From Heptranchias perlo (taxonomy: Eukaryota): DNA of 64,000 nucleotides. Below the pieces are notes generated by a model. The model had not been told where the DNA came from. It did no database searches and worked only from the letters and a program-made list of their open reading frames with translations. Location of the stretch: positions 48,608,001-48,672,000 of the forward strand of contig NC_090345.1 of assembly GCF_035084215.1 (NCBI RefSeq), in the 5' to 3' direction. Both the position numbers and the translations under genes were made by a program. Shown here in pieces: positions 40,815 through 54,109 of the stretch (position 1 is its first letter; each line of letters opens with the position of its first letter).

Positions 40815-41200
40815 TTAGGAATAGGAGTTGGCCATTCAGCCCCTCGAGCCTGTTCTGCCATTCAGTGAGATCATTGCTGATCTGTATCTTAATTCCATCT
40901 ACCCGCCTTGGTTCTGTAACCCTTAATACCCTTACCTAACAAAAATCTATCAATCTCACTTTTGAAATTTTCAATTGACCCCCAGCATCCACAGCTTTTT
41001 GGGGGAGAGAGTTCCAGATTTCCACAACCCTTTGTGCTTTCTGACATCACCCTGAACGGCCTAGCTCTAATTTTAAGGTTATGCCCCCTTGTTCTGGACT
41101 CCCCCACCAGAGGAAATAGTTTCTCTCTATCTACCCAATCAAATCCTTTAATCATCTTAAACACCTCAATTAGATCACCCCTTAATTTTCTATACTCAAA
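40815..41200 (-). mobile_element. CR1 3' fragment
   Basis: LRGDLIEVFKMIKGFDWVDREKLFPLVGESRTRGH. Confidence 0.9.
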
Positions 41201-41629
41201 TCGGGGTCCTATGATGTACATACTACTGTCAAGAGAATGAGTGATGGGCCTATTTCCAGAGCACTGCCAGTGCCTTTACCATTCCAAATAACAGGTGTGA
41301 AAATTCACTCAGAATAATGGAGGTAAAGGTGGCATTGCCATATTTTGTAGGTCATTTTTCAATGTTTATTAATGCACTGCACATTTCTATTAAACAAGTC
41401 CTTATCACAACCATGCCCAAAATTTGATACAAGTTGCCACTAGTTGCCTGACTCACCGAAACAGGACAACAGCACAGCATCTGTGGCATGTGGACAAATT
41501 CACACTGATGCTATCAGGGTACTCTTGTTATGATAAGGCTAAGGTATATTGTTGGAGAATAGTGAACAGAGTTTTCTTCTGCTTGATGCTGACATTGTGG
41601 GTGAACACAATGTTAATGCAGTCAAGAAA

Positions 41630-41774
41630 TCAAATTTTTGGGATACATAACTAAGGGTATGTCTTATAAATCTAAGAAGATGATGTTGAAGTTGTAGCTG
41701 GCCTTGGTGAAACTGCATCTGGAGTACTGGGTTTAGTTTTGGCCTCCATATTACAGGAAAGAAGTAGAGTTCAT
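41630..41774 (+). mobile_element. Old CR1 fragment, left part (host of the nested block)
   Basis: ALVKLHLEYWV-FWPPYYRKEVEF; reading continues at 61354. Confidence 0.75.
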
Positions 41775-41779
41775 TATAG

Positions 41780-42502
<723 letters not shown>

Positions 42503-42504
42503 GA

Positions 42505-42512
42505 CCCTCCTC
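42505..42512 (-). promoter_or_regulatory. Polypurine tract
   Basis: GAGGAGGG 2 nt upstream of the LTR TGTA, just after the env stop. Confidence 0.75.
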
Positions 42513-42828
42513 AAGTGGATCTGACTAATCTTTTGACCAATCCACTTCATACACCTTGAGCATTGTCCATGGGTGTTAAGTTTTCTTCGTCATTGGTTCA
42601 TGTTCCTGTGTAGGATGGGTTTGCTGTGACATACGCAAAAAGAATATTTCCTTGCCATGCTTGCAGATTAAACGTCACATTACACATAAGCAGATTATCA
42701 TAGTATACATTGCGTTCATTTTAAAGCCATACTAATCATTCTAACCCATGGGTTTTGTCCAACATTATATACTGTCTCCCACCACTCATGAGCACCCAGC
42801 ATGTTTATCGCTTTTTCTAAGCTCTCAT

Positions 42829-42919
42829 AGAGTCATAGAGTCATACAGCACGGATAGAGGCCCTTCGGCCCATCGTGTCCGCGCCGGCCATCAGCCCTGT
42901 CTACTCTAATCCCATATAA
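42829..42919 (-). mobile_element. ~90-bp CR1 3' end insertion
   Basis: Near-identical to 44647-44736; flanked by TCTCAT (42823-28, 42920-25). Confidence 0.9.
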
Positions 42920-44646
42920 TCTCATTGTCTTGCTGCATTTTTACAAGGCGCTTCTGTGAAGTTTAGTACGTTCTATGATGGATTTAAGACTCAAGGATAA
43001 TTGGATGTCCAAACCAGACCACGGCTTTCAGGGCCTCATGCTGCATTGATATATTAACTTGAATTGTGGTGATATCGTGGGTCACCATGGGTATCAGCAC
43101 GATATGATCTATCTTGGTCAATTCCGTCGGTACGAAACAAAAGGTTGGGGATTCTATGGGGCACACTTGATCGCCGTGCTCATAGGTGAATTTTGTGGTA
43201 GTTACACAATATTCCCCTCGTCCTAGATAAGACATTTTTCACCTGGTGGGCATCCCATGTCTGCAGTTGCACTGTGCACATAGGAGACTGGCCATCTAGG
43301 GTAGACCCACAGGCAGCTATGCCTGGGGTTGTGCTATCACACCTACATATCCAGGATCCTCTTGACCTGGTCCAACAATCCAGGCCAGGGCCTTCCCTGG
43401 AGCTCCCTTTTTCATAACCTGTTTGAGGAATCGTATAAATTCCTTATGCACATCCCCTTCAATAGTGCCGATGGATTCTACTTTAAACACTTCCCATTTT
43501 CCTTTTCTATTAACCATGGAAACCACATAACCACCGATAACAACCCACTCTCTGTTTCATTGTCTGCATCTCGGTTACACGGTCGCCGGGCATAATAATT
43601 CGACCCATATCTCCTAATTTTGTCGGTGCTATTCACATTTTTATGGTGTTTGAACCAATCCTTAAGGGTTTTATTACTTACAAAGTTGGGTACCCTATTA
43701 TTCTCAATATCCTCCAGGCCCTATTGTACTTGATTCGGTAAAAACCCTCCATACATAGCACAGGTAATGGCCTTTGACATGTTCTGATTGTGTAACATGT
43801 TATTATGTTGCTGGGTTATTTCATTAATCTTCCCTCTTAATCATTCCATCCACCATTTCCTTTATGGACTTCCGTCCTTCTTGTTGTTCCAGAATTTCAC
43901 CTCTCTGCCCTTTATTTGTTTTACTCATGTTTCCCTTCATTTGCTGTCTCATAACCTCATTGTGTTCCCACATGTTCTCTACGTCTATCTGGTTCCAGGC
44001 TGCTGTTCCAGCCGTGGCTCTGATCTCTAACCATTCTCCTAATTCTAGCCTCTTTCTACTGTGGGTTCCCGTACCATTGGTTATTGGGGTGGTTGTAACA
44101 TTGTCCCAGACAATATTAATCAAGGGTTCTTGAATGTCCAGGTGCCAAGGCTTATCCAGATCCTGGCCTGTATTTCTCTGGACAAAATCTTTAATCTGTT
44201 GTTCTACCAATGTTTGGTAAAATTCTTTGTGTTTTGGGTCACATAGGTACAATCTCATACCTCACATTATTATACAGTGCCTCGTGGGTGCGAGTTACTC
44301 CCAGACCATTCTTGGAGCCTGGCGTCTGTGGAGGGCACAATATTTTGGTCACCCTCCGTCAAAGGGGCTTTGCTATAAAGATTGCTAGCCCTCCCCGATA
44401 GCCATATTTATAAAAGATGGTGCCACAGCTAAACAGTCCGTTATGTCTTTTATTAAATGCCGGCCGATTTAAATCGTTTTCTCCATTATCCTCTTTTTCA
44501 GGGATGGTTTCCATGGAGTTGGGCACCCTTACCTGTCCCACCTTCTCAATAAGAGGGCCTAGTATGATAGCATGCCCCAAGTCATCCATTTCCTTCTTCC
44601 ACCAGATCAGGGGAAGTTGTTTGGCATTCTGTTCTTTTTTGAACCT

Positions 44647-45886
44647 AGAGTCATAGAGTTATACAGCACGGATAGAGGCCCTTCGGCCCATCGTGTCCGC
44701 GCCGGCCATCAGCCCTGTCTACTCTAATCCCATATTCCAGCATTTGGTCCGTAGCCTTGTATGCTATGGCATTTCAAGTGCTCATCCAAATGCTTCTTGA
44801 ATGTTGTGAGGGTTCCTGCCTCCACAACCCTTTCAGGCAGTGAGTTCCAGACTCCAACCACCCTCTGGGTGAAAAAGTTCTTTCTCAAATCCCCTCTAAA
44901 CCTCCCGCCTTTTACCTTGAATCTATGTCCCCTTGTTATAGAACCCTCAACGAAGGGAAAAAGCTCCTTAGTATCCATCCTATCTGTGCCCCTCATAATT
45001 TTGTACACCTCAATCATGTCCCCCCTCAGCCTCCTCTGCTCCAAGGAAAACAAACCCAATCTTCCCAGTCTCTCTTCATAGCTGAAGCGCTCCAGCCCTG
45101 GTAACATCCTGGTGAATCTCCTCTGCACCCTCTCCAAAGCGATCACATCCTTCCTGTAGTGTGGCGACCAGAACTGCACACAGTACTCCAGCTGTGGCCT
45201 AACCAGTGTTTTATACAGCTCCATCATAACCTCCTTGCTCTTATATTCTATGCCTCGGCTAATAAAGGCAAGTATCCCATATGCCTTCTTTACCACCTTA
45301 TCTACCTGTTCCGCCGCCTTCAGGGATCTGTGAACTTGCACACCAAGATCCCTCTGACCCTCTGTCTTGCCTAGGGTCCTCCCATTCATTGTGTATTCCC
45401 TTGCCTTGTTAGTCCCTCCAAAGTGCATCACCTCGCACTTTTCCGGGTTAAATTCCATTTGCCACTGTTCCGCCCATCTGACCAACCCATCTATATCGTC
45501 CTGCAGACTGAGGCTATCCTCGCTATTTACCACCCTACCAATTTTTGTATCATCAGCGAACTTACTGATCATACCTTTTACATTCATATCCAAGTCATTA
45601 ATGTAGACCACAAACAGCAAGGGACCCAGCACCGATCCCTGTGGTACCCCACTGGCCACAGGCTTCCAGTCACAAAAACAACCTTCGACCATCACCCTCT
45701 GCCTTCTGCCACTAAGCCAGTTTTGTATCCAAAGTGCCAAGGCACCCTGGATTCCATGGGCTCGTACCTTCTTGACCAGTCTCCTGTGGGGGACTTTATC
45801 GAAGGCCTTACTGAAATCCATGTATACCACATCCATTGCGTTACCCTCATCCACACGCCTAGTCACCCCCTCAAAAAATTCAATGT
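44647..45886 (-). mobile_element. Young 5'-truncated CR1 with uninterrupted RT C-terminal half
   Basis: YMDFSKAFDKVPH, SGVPQGSVLGP, KFADDTK; probable TSD AACCT (44642-46, 45887-91). Confidence 0.95.
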
Positions 45887-46209
45887 AACCTGACGCCTGT
45901 TCCTCCGTGATCAAGCCGTAAGGTTCCCAGCCATGTCTTTGTTCTATTCCCTGATATTGCCCACGTCTGCCCTTTATCCTCACTACCTTGGTATGCCTCA
46001 TGCTACATTCTTCACTTTTTACTTGATATCCATTTACATACAATATTAACATACATATTATCATTACAAACAGTAATTTCATTCTTGCTGATGTTTCGTT
46101 TGCCTCAAGTCGACCGAGGACAAAACAAAACACATGGATAATGTCTGCTCTTGGTTAATATCTTATTTTTTTAAAATTCAGTTTAATGTAAATGTCTTCT
46201 ATTTACATA

Positions 46210-48020
46210 TCATAAACGTCTTTGTCTGTGATTCCATGGAGTGTACCTATCAGGTGGACGGACCGGCCTTTGTCTCAGTCGCCTAGGACTGGGGGCTCTC
46301 TGTCTTACCACAGGTGGGTGTAATAGGTCATTCTCCTCGTCCCATAGCATAGGAGGGAGGTGAGTGACCTCTTCCTCCATTGGACTGATTACACCACATA
46401 CACCTCCCTTGTACTCTTTTAGTTGGTTGACATGGAGCCATTTTCCTTTGCCCTTTTTCAGGGTTACTTTGTACACAGATGGACTGGCTTTATCCACAAT
46501 GGGATATGGTCCAGAAAAGTGAGCCACGAATGGCCCTGCTGATGGGTACATTTTTACCATCACTGTCTGTCCCACGTCCCATTCTATTGCTTTGACTTAG
46601 GTGTCAAAATATATTTTGCTGGTCTTTTTAGATTGTCCAATATTGGCGGCTGCAAAGACCATTGTCTGTTGCAGCTGGTCACGTAATTGGTTACCATACT
46701 GCTCCTGAGTCAAGGCTTGATACTGAGGCTCAGACATATCCTGATACATCAAATTTTCATGGGTTCTCATCACTCTCCATCTCATTAACTCATGGGGTGA
46801 AACCTTGATGGTACCCGTGACTCAGTGGATCTCATAGCCATTAATGCCAAGGGCAGCAATTGGTCCCATGTTTTGCGGAATTGTTCAATCAACTTCTTTA
46901 GCATTGTTTTTAATGTTCAGTTCATGCTCTCCACTATGCCTGATGAGGTTGGATTATGTGAAATATGGAATCTTGTTTTGATTCCTAGCAGCTGCATAGC
47001 AGTTTGCATCACCCTCCTCCTAAAATGACTACCTTGGTCCAAGTGTACGCTGGACTTTGGGAGTCCCCATCTGGTGAATATGTGGTTCACCAGTATTTTA
47101 GCTGTGGCCTGTGCTGTTCCATTAGGCTTGGAAATGCTTCTACCCACTTGGAGAATGTGTCTACTACCCACCAATACATACCGATTACCTCGAGAGGAAT
47201 GGGGAAAGGGCCCAATATAATCTATCTGTAGATGTGTCCAAGGGTCGGCTGTCGGCCGAGTGTGGTGTAACAGTGCCTTCTTGGTATTCACATCCGGGTT
47301 GTGTTGTATATAAATTAAACAGTTGTGACAATAATGCTGCACCTGGTTTTTCATTTCTGGCCACCATGTTACTTGCTGGAGCCTTTCTAATGTTCCCTGT
47401 GGACTAGGGTGTCCTGAGTTGGGTGCATCGTGAGCTTGGTAATGAAAAGCATCGTGCTCATTCTGTGGTACCGCCCACTTTTGATCATACAGCAGGATCC
47501 CATCTTTCACCTTTAATTTGAGCTGATTAGCATATTCTCCCCTTGGGCTTTTTTTCTTTTCTAGCATCACCAAGACTGCCTTTATTTCAGGATCCTCTTG
47601 TAATTATTTCAAATCGATTGGGTCAGCCAACTTCTCAGGCTGATTAGTTTCCATCGGGGGAAACATTTCTATCGGATCCCAATTTGTTCCCTCCTCTCCT
47701 CCTTTCTTAGCCAATTCGTCTGCTTTCTGATTTCCCTCCCTAGAGGCTCATTCTTAGTGTGAGCTATGACTCTAGTTGGGAACTCAACTGGATGTGTGAC
47801 CACATACACTACAGCTGCCAACTCAGCTGCTTGCGCAGACATATGTGCAGGCAGTCTAATAGCTAATTCTATTTGTTTGGCCAGGTCATATATTCCACAT
47901 CCTGTCTTCTTTTGTCCGTTCTCTACTGGATCCATCGCCATATATATATTGAGTGTCAGGCAACACTCCTGCTCTTATTGGACCTTTGTGTTGGTTTTGA
48001 TTGGCCACCTTAGACTGATG
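46210..48020 (-). pseudogene. pol: pol remnant: RNase H and integrase (protease and RT not found)
   Basis: IYGDGS, SAQAAELAAV; HDAPNSGH...CHNC zinc finger; WTHLQIDYIGP, DQGSHF, SSGIVE; FSGPYPIV and LHVNQLK (GPY/F module). Confidence 0.9.
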
Positions 48021-48699
48021 TTTTTTGCGTAATACATCAGATTTCCTTCTATCACCGTGGGGAACTATCTACTTTATTAAGAAACCTAAAATTTTTTTAC
48101 ACTTGACCAAAGCAAAGAATTACCATTTTAACCGAAACAAACCCAACAAAATACATCGAGAAAAACATGGGAGAGACTGGCTAGGTTTTCTGTCTTATCT
48201 TCCAAGGTCTGGCTCTCTCTTTTGTGCTAAGCTGGCAGCCCGTCTGACATTAACCCTGTCTATTCTGCATACACATCTACACAGGACAGCTCAATTTGGA
48301 ATTTCCAACTCAAATCCTTCTCTTTGTGTTTTTAAGATGTAACCACATTAAGAAAACTGTTCTATAAATGGTCAAAGTGATTTGAAACAAGCAAAGCAAC
48401 GAACACCCAAGCTAAAGAAAAATTCTCTGGCTTGTAACAGGATAGAGATGGAATCTTCCCTTTTCCCTTTCCTCCTGATTGAAATCCTGTGTTATCCTTT
48501 ATCTCTGAACTCCATTTTCAATCTCCGAGGTTTCCTACTTAACTCAACTTTGAACCAATTTAACATCTCATGGGAAAGACCTTTTGTCAGGCTGGTATTG
48601 ACTCTCCTGATTAAAGGTTTTCTCTGTTGCTGGAAGGATGGGATATAGTGAATGGAAAGGGGGGACTGGGAAACCGCTGCAGGGATCTAGTCTCTTTCT

Positions 48700-49660
48700 C
48701 GATTCACTTTCTAGAACCTCTACAACTGCCTCTCTCACTCCTCCAACTCCCAGACCATCATTACACTGGTCACATTTTCCCTTTTCACTCTCAGCTTTGA
48801 GACGGTCCCTTTCTACAGAACCTTTCTATGCTTCTGAACTAGCTACTGCTGCTCGTTGGTGAACAACCTCATCTCTAAATTGCTGCATTTCCTTCTCGTG
48901 CTTCTATATATAACTTTCTGCTTATTTTTTTTTTTCCTTTAACTCTTCCTTTAACTGAGTGACCTGCTGACTGAGCGTGGAGGCAGCAACTGTAACGGGG
49001 GTCTGTTTTAATGATCCAGGCTCGTCACCTAAAACTGCAATCACGCGTTGCAAGCCTCTTGGCCCTAATTCATGTCGGTTTTGTATCGTTTGTCTAAAGC
49101 TACTCTTTAGGCCATCCCTATTTAATTCCACCTCACCCAGATTATTCTGTAATTCCAGTACATTTCATGCCAATACTTCACATCTTTGACTTCTCTCTAT
49201 CAAGGCCTCCACAATATTGTTTGCCGTAGTTAATGTAAGATGCTCTGACAATTGGCCCTCCTGCTCCTGTTCCTTCTTTGAGACATCTTTCATTAGATCA
49301 CCCACTTTGGCCTCACTCCTCCACACACAGAAATGAGAGACACACCCGAACAGTCACCTCACCGATTCCCTTTTCATTCCTGGGCTGCTATCTTATCGTT
49401 TCTCCCTCCTTCCTTTCAGAATGTCTAACAACCGTCTCACTGCTTTCTTTTTCGTACCAAGGCCACTGTCTTTTTGTTTACTGAAGGCAAGGAGCCATAC
49501 AGCTTTAGCCTTTTAAAAAAATGTTGGCTTCTCTGCTTTTATATGTATCCACGTATCATCTGCTGTCTGCTTCAAAGGGTCTGCCTGATGGTCCTCAACC
49601 AGGGACCATTCCTCACTCTTTGGTAGCTTCTTTGCTATGTATTTTTGAACTGCCATTTCC
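48700..49660 (-). pseudogene. gag: Probable gag remnant
   Basis: Position after the leader; broken frame starting MAVQKYIAKK, coiled-coil-like LSQQVTQLKEELKEKK, partial CDQC; no clear capsid motif recognised. Confidence 0.5.
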
Positions 49661-50051
49661 ATTTTATATTCCACCCCCTTTACCTGTCCTTTAATTGATA
49701 CCTTCTGTTTCTATCTAAACCGTTCCAGTGTAATTTTTGTTACAACCCTCCAACCCCTCTTCCCAGAAAAACGATATTTCTGTCTGGACGCTGGACTAGG
49801 ATTTTTTTATATATACCTTCCACCCGTTCCGAGCTGTTTTCTGTCTAAACGAGGCTCCAGTATATAGTCCATGTGCTTCTGCCCAAAAAGCCCTGTTTTC
49901 TGTCTAAGCGTTGGACAGTGTTCTTTCTTTACCCTGCCTGTTATACCCTCCTATGCCTCTCTGGACATTGGGAAGGAGGGTATAACAGAGCCTCTGCTCT
50001 GTGGGATAATTTCACGTGAACTTGTACACTTTCTTTGTTGAACGATGTCAG

Positions 50052-50069
50052 GTCCCTGTTCTGGTGTTA
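50052..50069 (-). promoter_or_regulatory. Degenerate primer-binding site, tRNA-Lys(UUU) type
   Basis: TAACACCAGAACAGGGAC versus TGGCGCCCGAACAGGGAC (14/18), 2 nt after the LTR terminal CA. Confidence 0.8.
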
Positions 50070-50815
50070 CTTGTAACAAAATGATTTACTTCCCAGTGAT
50101 TCGTGAACCTGGACAATCGTTCAGACAAAGAAATACACCCTGATGTGGTAATTTCGATAATCAAAGTGATTATTTCATGATTTAAAAAGGGCGTATAAGT
50201 ATGATGCAACTCAATCAATATGTGCCTTACTCTACTCGATTCCTACGAGCAGGCATAAAGCAAAAGAAGCAAGTAACACATACAACCTTCATAAAGCATC
50301 AAGGCAGCCTTCCAGGTCTCGCATTAAGGTGTCGATTGCTGCGGTGATTGCTGCGTCGATTGCTGCGTCGATTGCTGCATCGATTGCTGCGTCGATTGCT
50401 GCGGTGATTGCTGCGTCGATTGCTGCATCGATTGCTGCGTCGATTGCTGCATCGATTGCTGCGTCGATTGCTGCATCGATTGCTGCGGTGATTGCTGCAT
50501 CGATTGCTGCATCGATTGCTGTGGTGATTGCTGCATCGATTGCTGCGGTGATTGCTGCATCGATTGCTGCAGTGATTGCTGCGTCGATTGCTGCATCAAT
50601 TGCTGCGGTGATTGCTGCGTCGATTGCTGCGGTGATTGCTGCGTCGATTGCTGCGGTGATTGCTGCGTCGATTGCTGCATCGATTGCTGCGGTGATTGCT
50701 GCGTCGATTGCTGCGGTGATTGCTGCGTCGATTGCTGCATCGATTGCTGCGGTGATTGCTGCGTCGATTGCTGCATCGATTGCTGCGGTGATTGCTGCGG
50801 TGATAGCAGCGGTGA

Positions 50816-53800
50816 TTTTTTAAAAATTCATCCATGGGATGTGGGCGTCGCTGGCAAGGCCAGCATTTATTGCCCATCCCTAATTGCCCTCGAGAAGGTG
50901 GTGGTGAGCCGCCTTCTTGAACCGCTGCAGTCCGTGTGGTGAAGGTTCTCCCACAGTGCTGTTAGGAAGGGAGTTCCAGGATTTTGACCCAGTGACGATG
51001 AAGGAACGGTGATATATTTCCAAGTCGGGATGGTGTGTGACTTGGAGGGGAACGTGCAGGTGGTGTTGTTCCCATGTGCCTGCTGCTCTTGTCCTTCTAG
51101 TTGATAGAGGTTATGGGTTTGGGAGGTGCTGTCGAAGAAGCCTTGGCGAGTTGCTGCAGTGCATCCTGTGGATGGTACACACTGCAGCCACTGTGCGCCG
51201 GTGGTGAAGGGAGTGAATGTTTAGGGTGGTGGATGAGGTGCCAATCAAGCGGTCTGCTTTATCTTGGATGGTGTCGAGCTTCTTGAGTGTTGTTGGAGCT
51301 GCACTCATCCAGGCAAGTGGAGAGTATTCCATCACACTCCTGACTAGTGCCTTGTAGATGGTGGAAAGGCTTTGGGGAGTCAGGAGGTGAGTTACTCGCC
51401 ACAGAATACCCAGCCTCTGACCTGCTCTCGTAGCCACAGTATTTATATGGCTGGTCCAGTTAAGTTTCTGGTCAATGGTGACCACCAGGATGTTGATGGT
51501 GGGGGATTCGGCGATGGTAATGCCGTTGAATGTCAAGGGGAGGTGGTTAGACTCTCTCTTGTTGGAGATGATCATTGCCTGGCACTTATCTGGCGCGAAT
51601 GTTACGTGCCATTTATGAGCCCAAGCCTGGATGTTGTCCAGGTCTTGCTGCATGCGGACACAGACTGCTTCATTATTTGAGGGGTTGCGAATGGAACTGA
51701 ACACTGTGCAATCAACAGCGAACATCCCCATTTCTGACCTTATGATGGAGGAAAGGTCATTGATGAAGCAGCTGAAGATGGTTGGGCCTAGGACACTGCC
51801 CTGAGGAACTCCTGCAGCAATGCCCTGGGGCTGAGATGATTGGCCTCCAACAACCACTAACATCTTCCTTTGTGCTAGGTATGACTCCAGCCACTGGAGA
51901 GTTTTCCCCCTGATTCCCATTGACTTCAATTTTACTAGGGCTCCTTGGTGCCACATTCGGTCAAATGCTGCCTTGATGTCAAGGGCAGTCACTCTCACCT
52001 CACCTCTGGAATTCAGCTCTTTTGTCCATGTTTGGACCAAGGCTGTAATGAGGTCTGGAGCCGAGTGGTCCTGGTGGAACCCAAACTGAGCATCGGTGAG
52101 CAGGTTATTGGTGAGTAAGTGCCGCTTGATAGCACTGTCGACGACACCTTCCATCACTTTGCTGATGATTGAGAGTAGACTGATGGGATGGTAATTGGCC
52201 GGATTGGATTTGTCCTGCTTTTTGTGGACAGGACATACCTGGGCAATTTTCCACATTGTCGGGTAGATGCCAGTGTTGTAGCTGTACTGGAACAGCTTGG
52301 TTAGAGGCGCCGCTCGTTCTGGAGCACAAATCTTCAGCATTACAGCCGGGATGTTGTCGGGGCCCATAGCCTTTGCTGTATCCAGTGCACTCAGCCGTTT
52401 CTTGATATCACGTGGAGTGAATCGAATTGGCCGATGACTGGCTTCCGTGATGGTGGGGATATCGGGAGGAGGCCGCGATGGATTATCCACTCGGCACTTC
52501 TGGCTGAAGATGGTTGCAAACGCTTCAGCCTTGTCTTTTGCACTCACGTGCTGGACTCCGCCATCATTGAGGATGGGGATGTTTACAGAGCCTCCTCCTC
52601 CCGTTAGTTGTTTAATTGTCCACCACCATTCACGACTGGATGTGGCAGGACTGCAGAGCTTTGATCTGATCTGTTGGTTGTTGAATCGCTTAGCTCTGTC
52701 TATAGCATGTTGCTTCCGCTGTTTAGCATGCATGTAGTCCTGAGTTGTAGCTTCATCAGTTTGGCACCTCATTTTTAGGTACGCCTGGTGCTGCTCCTGG
52801 CATGCTCTTCTACACTCCTCATTGAACCAGGGTTGATCCCCTGGCTTGTTGGTAATGGTAGAGTGAGGAATATGCCGGGCCATGAGGTTACAGATTGTGC
52901 TGGAATACAATTCTGCTGCTGCTGATGGCCCACAGCACCTCATTGATGCCCAGTTTTGAGCTGCTAGATCTGTTCTGAGTTTATCCCATTTAGCACGGTG
53001 GTAGTGCCATACAACACATTGGATGGTGTCCTCAGTGTGAAGACGGGACTTCATCTCCACAAGGACTGTGCGGTGGTCACTCCTACCAATACTGTCATGG
53101 AAAGATGCATTTGCGACAGGTAGATTGGTGAGGACGAGGTCAAGTAAGTTTTTCCCTTGTGTTGGTTCGCTCACCACCTGCCGCAGGCCCAGTCTGGCAG
53201 CTATGTCCTTCAGGACTCGGCCAGCTCGGTCAGTAGTGGTGCTACCAAGCCACTCTTGGTGATGGACATTGAAGTCCCCCACCCAGAGTAGATTCTGTGC
53301 CCTTGCTACCTTCAGTGCTTCCTCCAAGTGGTGCTCAACATGGAGGAGGACTGATTCATCAGCTGAGGGAGGACGTTAGGTGGTAATCAGCAGGAGGTTT
53401 CCTTGCCCATGTTTGACCTGATGCCAGGAGATTTCATGGGGTCCAGAGTCAATGTTGAGGACTCCCAGGACCACTCCCTCCTGACTGTATATCACTGTAC
53501 CGCCACCTCTGGTCGCTCTGTCCTGCCGGTGGGACAGGACATACCCAGGGATGGTAATGGAAGATTCTGGGACGTTGGCTGAAAGGTATGATTCTGTGAG
53601 TATGGCTATGTCAGGCTGTTGCTTGACTAGTCTGTGAGACAGCTCTCCCAATTTCGGCACAAGTCCCCAGATGTTAGTGAGGAGGACTTTGCAGGGTCGA
53701 GTGGGCTTGGTTTGCCGTTGTCGTGTCCGGTGCCTAGTGGTCCGATGCCGGGTGGTCCGTCCGGTTTTATTCTTATTGTGACTTTTCGTGACGAGATTTT

Positions 53801-54109
53801 ACAACTGAGTGGCTTGCTAGGCCATTTCAGAGGGCAATTAAGAATCAACCACATTGCTGTGGGTTTGGAGTCACATATACGCCAGACCGGGTAAGGACGG
53901 CAGGTTTCCTTCCCTAAAGGACATTAGTGAACCAGATGGGTTTTTACGACAATCCGGTAGTTTCATGGCCACCGTTACTGATACTAGTATTTTAATTCTA
54001 GATTTTTTATTTAATTAATTGAATTTAAATTCGCCAGCTGCCATGGCGGGATTTGAACTCATGACTCTGGATTTTAGTCCAGGAACATAACCACTATGCT
54101 ACCGTACCC
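50816..54109 (-). mobile_element. Apparently full-length 3.3-kb LINE (APE + RT, CR1/L2-group) with tRNA-derived head; inactive copy
   Basis: ILTESYL, VGDFNVHH, LDLVLTN, ALDIKAAFD, GVPQGSVLGP; stops at 53376 (YRPP to *RPP) and 51111; catalytic FADD reads FAVD. Confidence 0.93.
54035..54109 (-). promoter_or_regulatory. tRNA-like Pol III promoter head of the LINE
   Basis: A box TAGCATAGTGG (54091-54101) and B box GTTCAAATCC (54049-54058). Confidence 0.8.

Larger units (their letters stand above)
42576..46082 (-). pseudogene. env: env remnant (class I fusion-protein layout), frameshifted, two CR1 insertions
   Basis: Signal peptide MKLLFVMIICMLILYVNG; SRKR then LELGEWLEIRATAGTAAWNQIDVE and heptads; Cys-rich YCVTT...CPIESPTFCFVP; HEWWETVY plus hydrophobic TM and short tail. 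Confidence 0.8.

Noticed and set aside
54035-54109. Functional tRNA gene
   Set aside because: A and B boxes present but no convincing acceptor stem, and it is contiguous with the retroelement.
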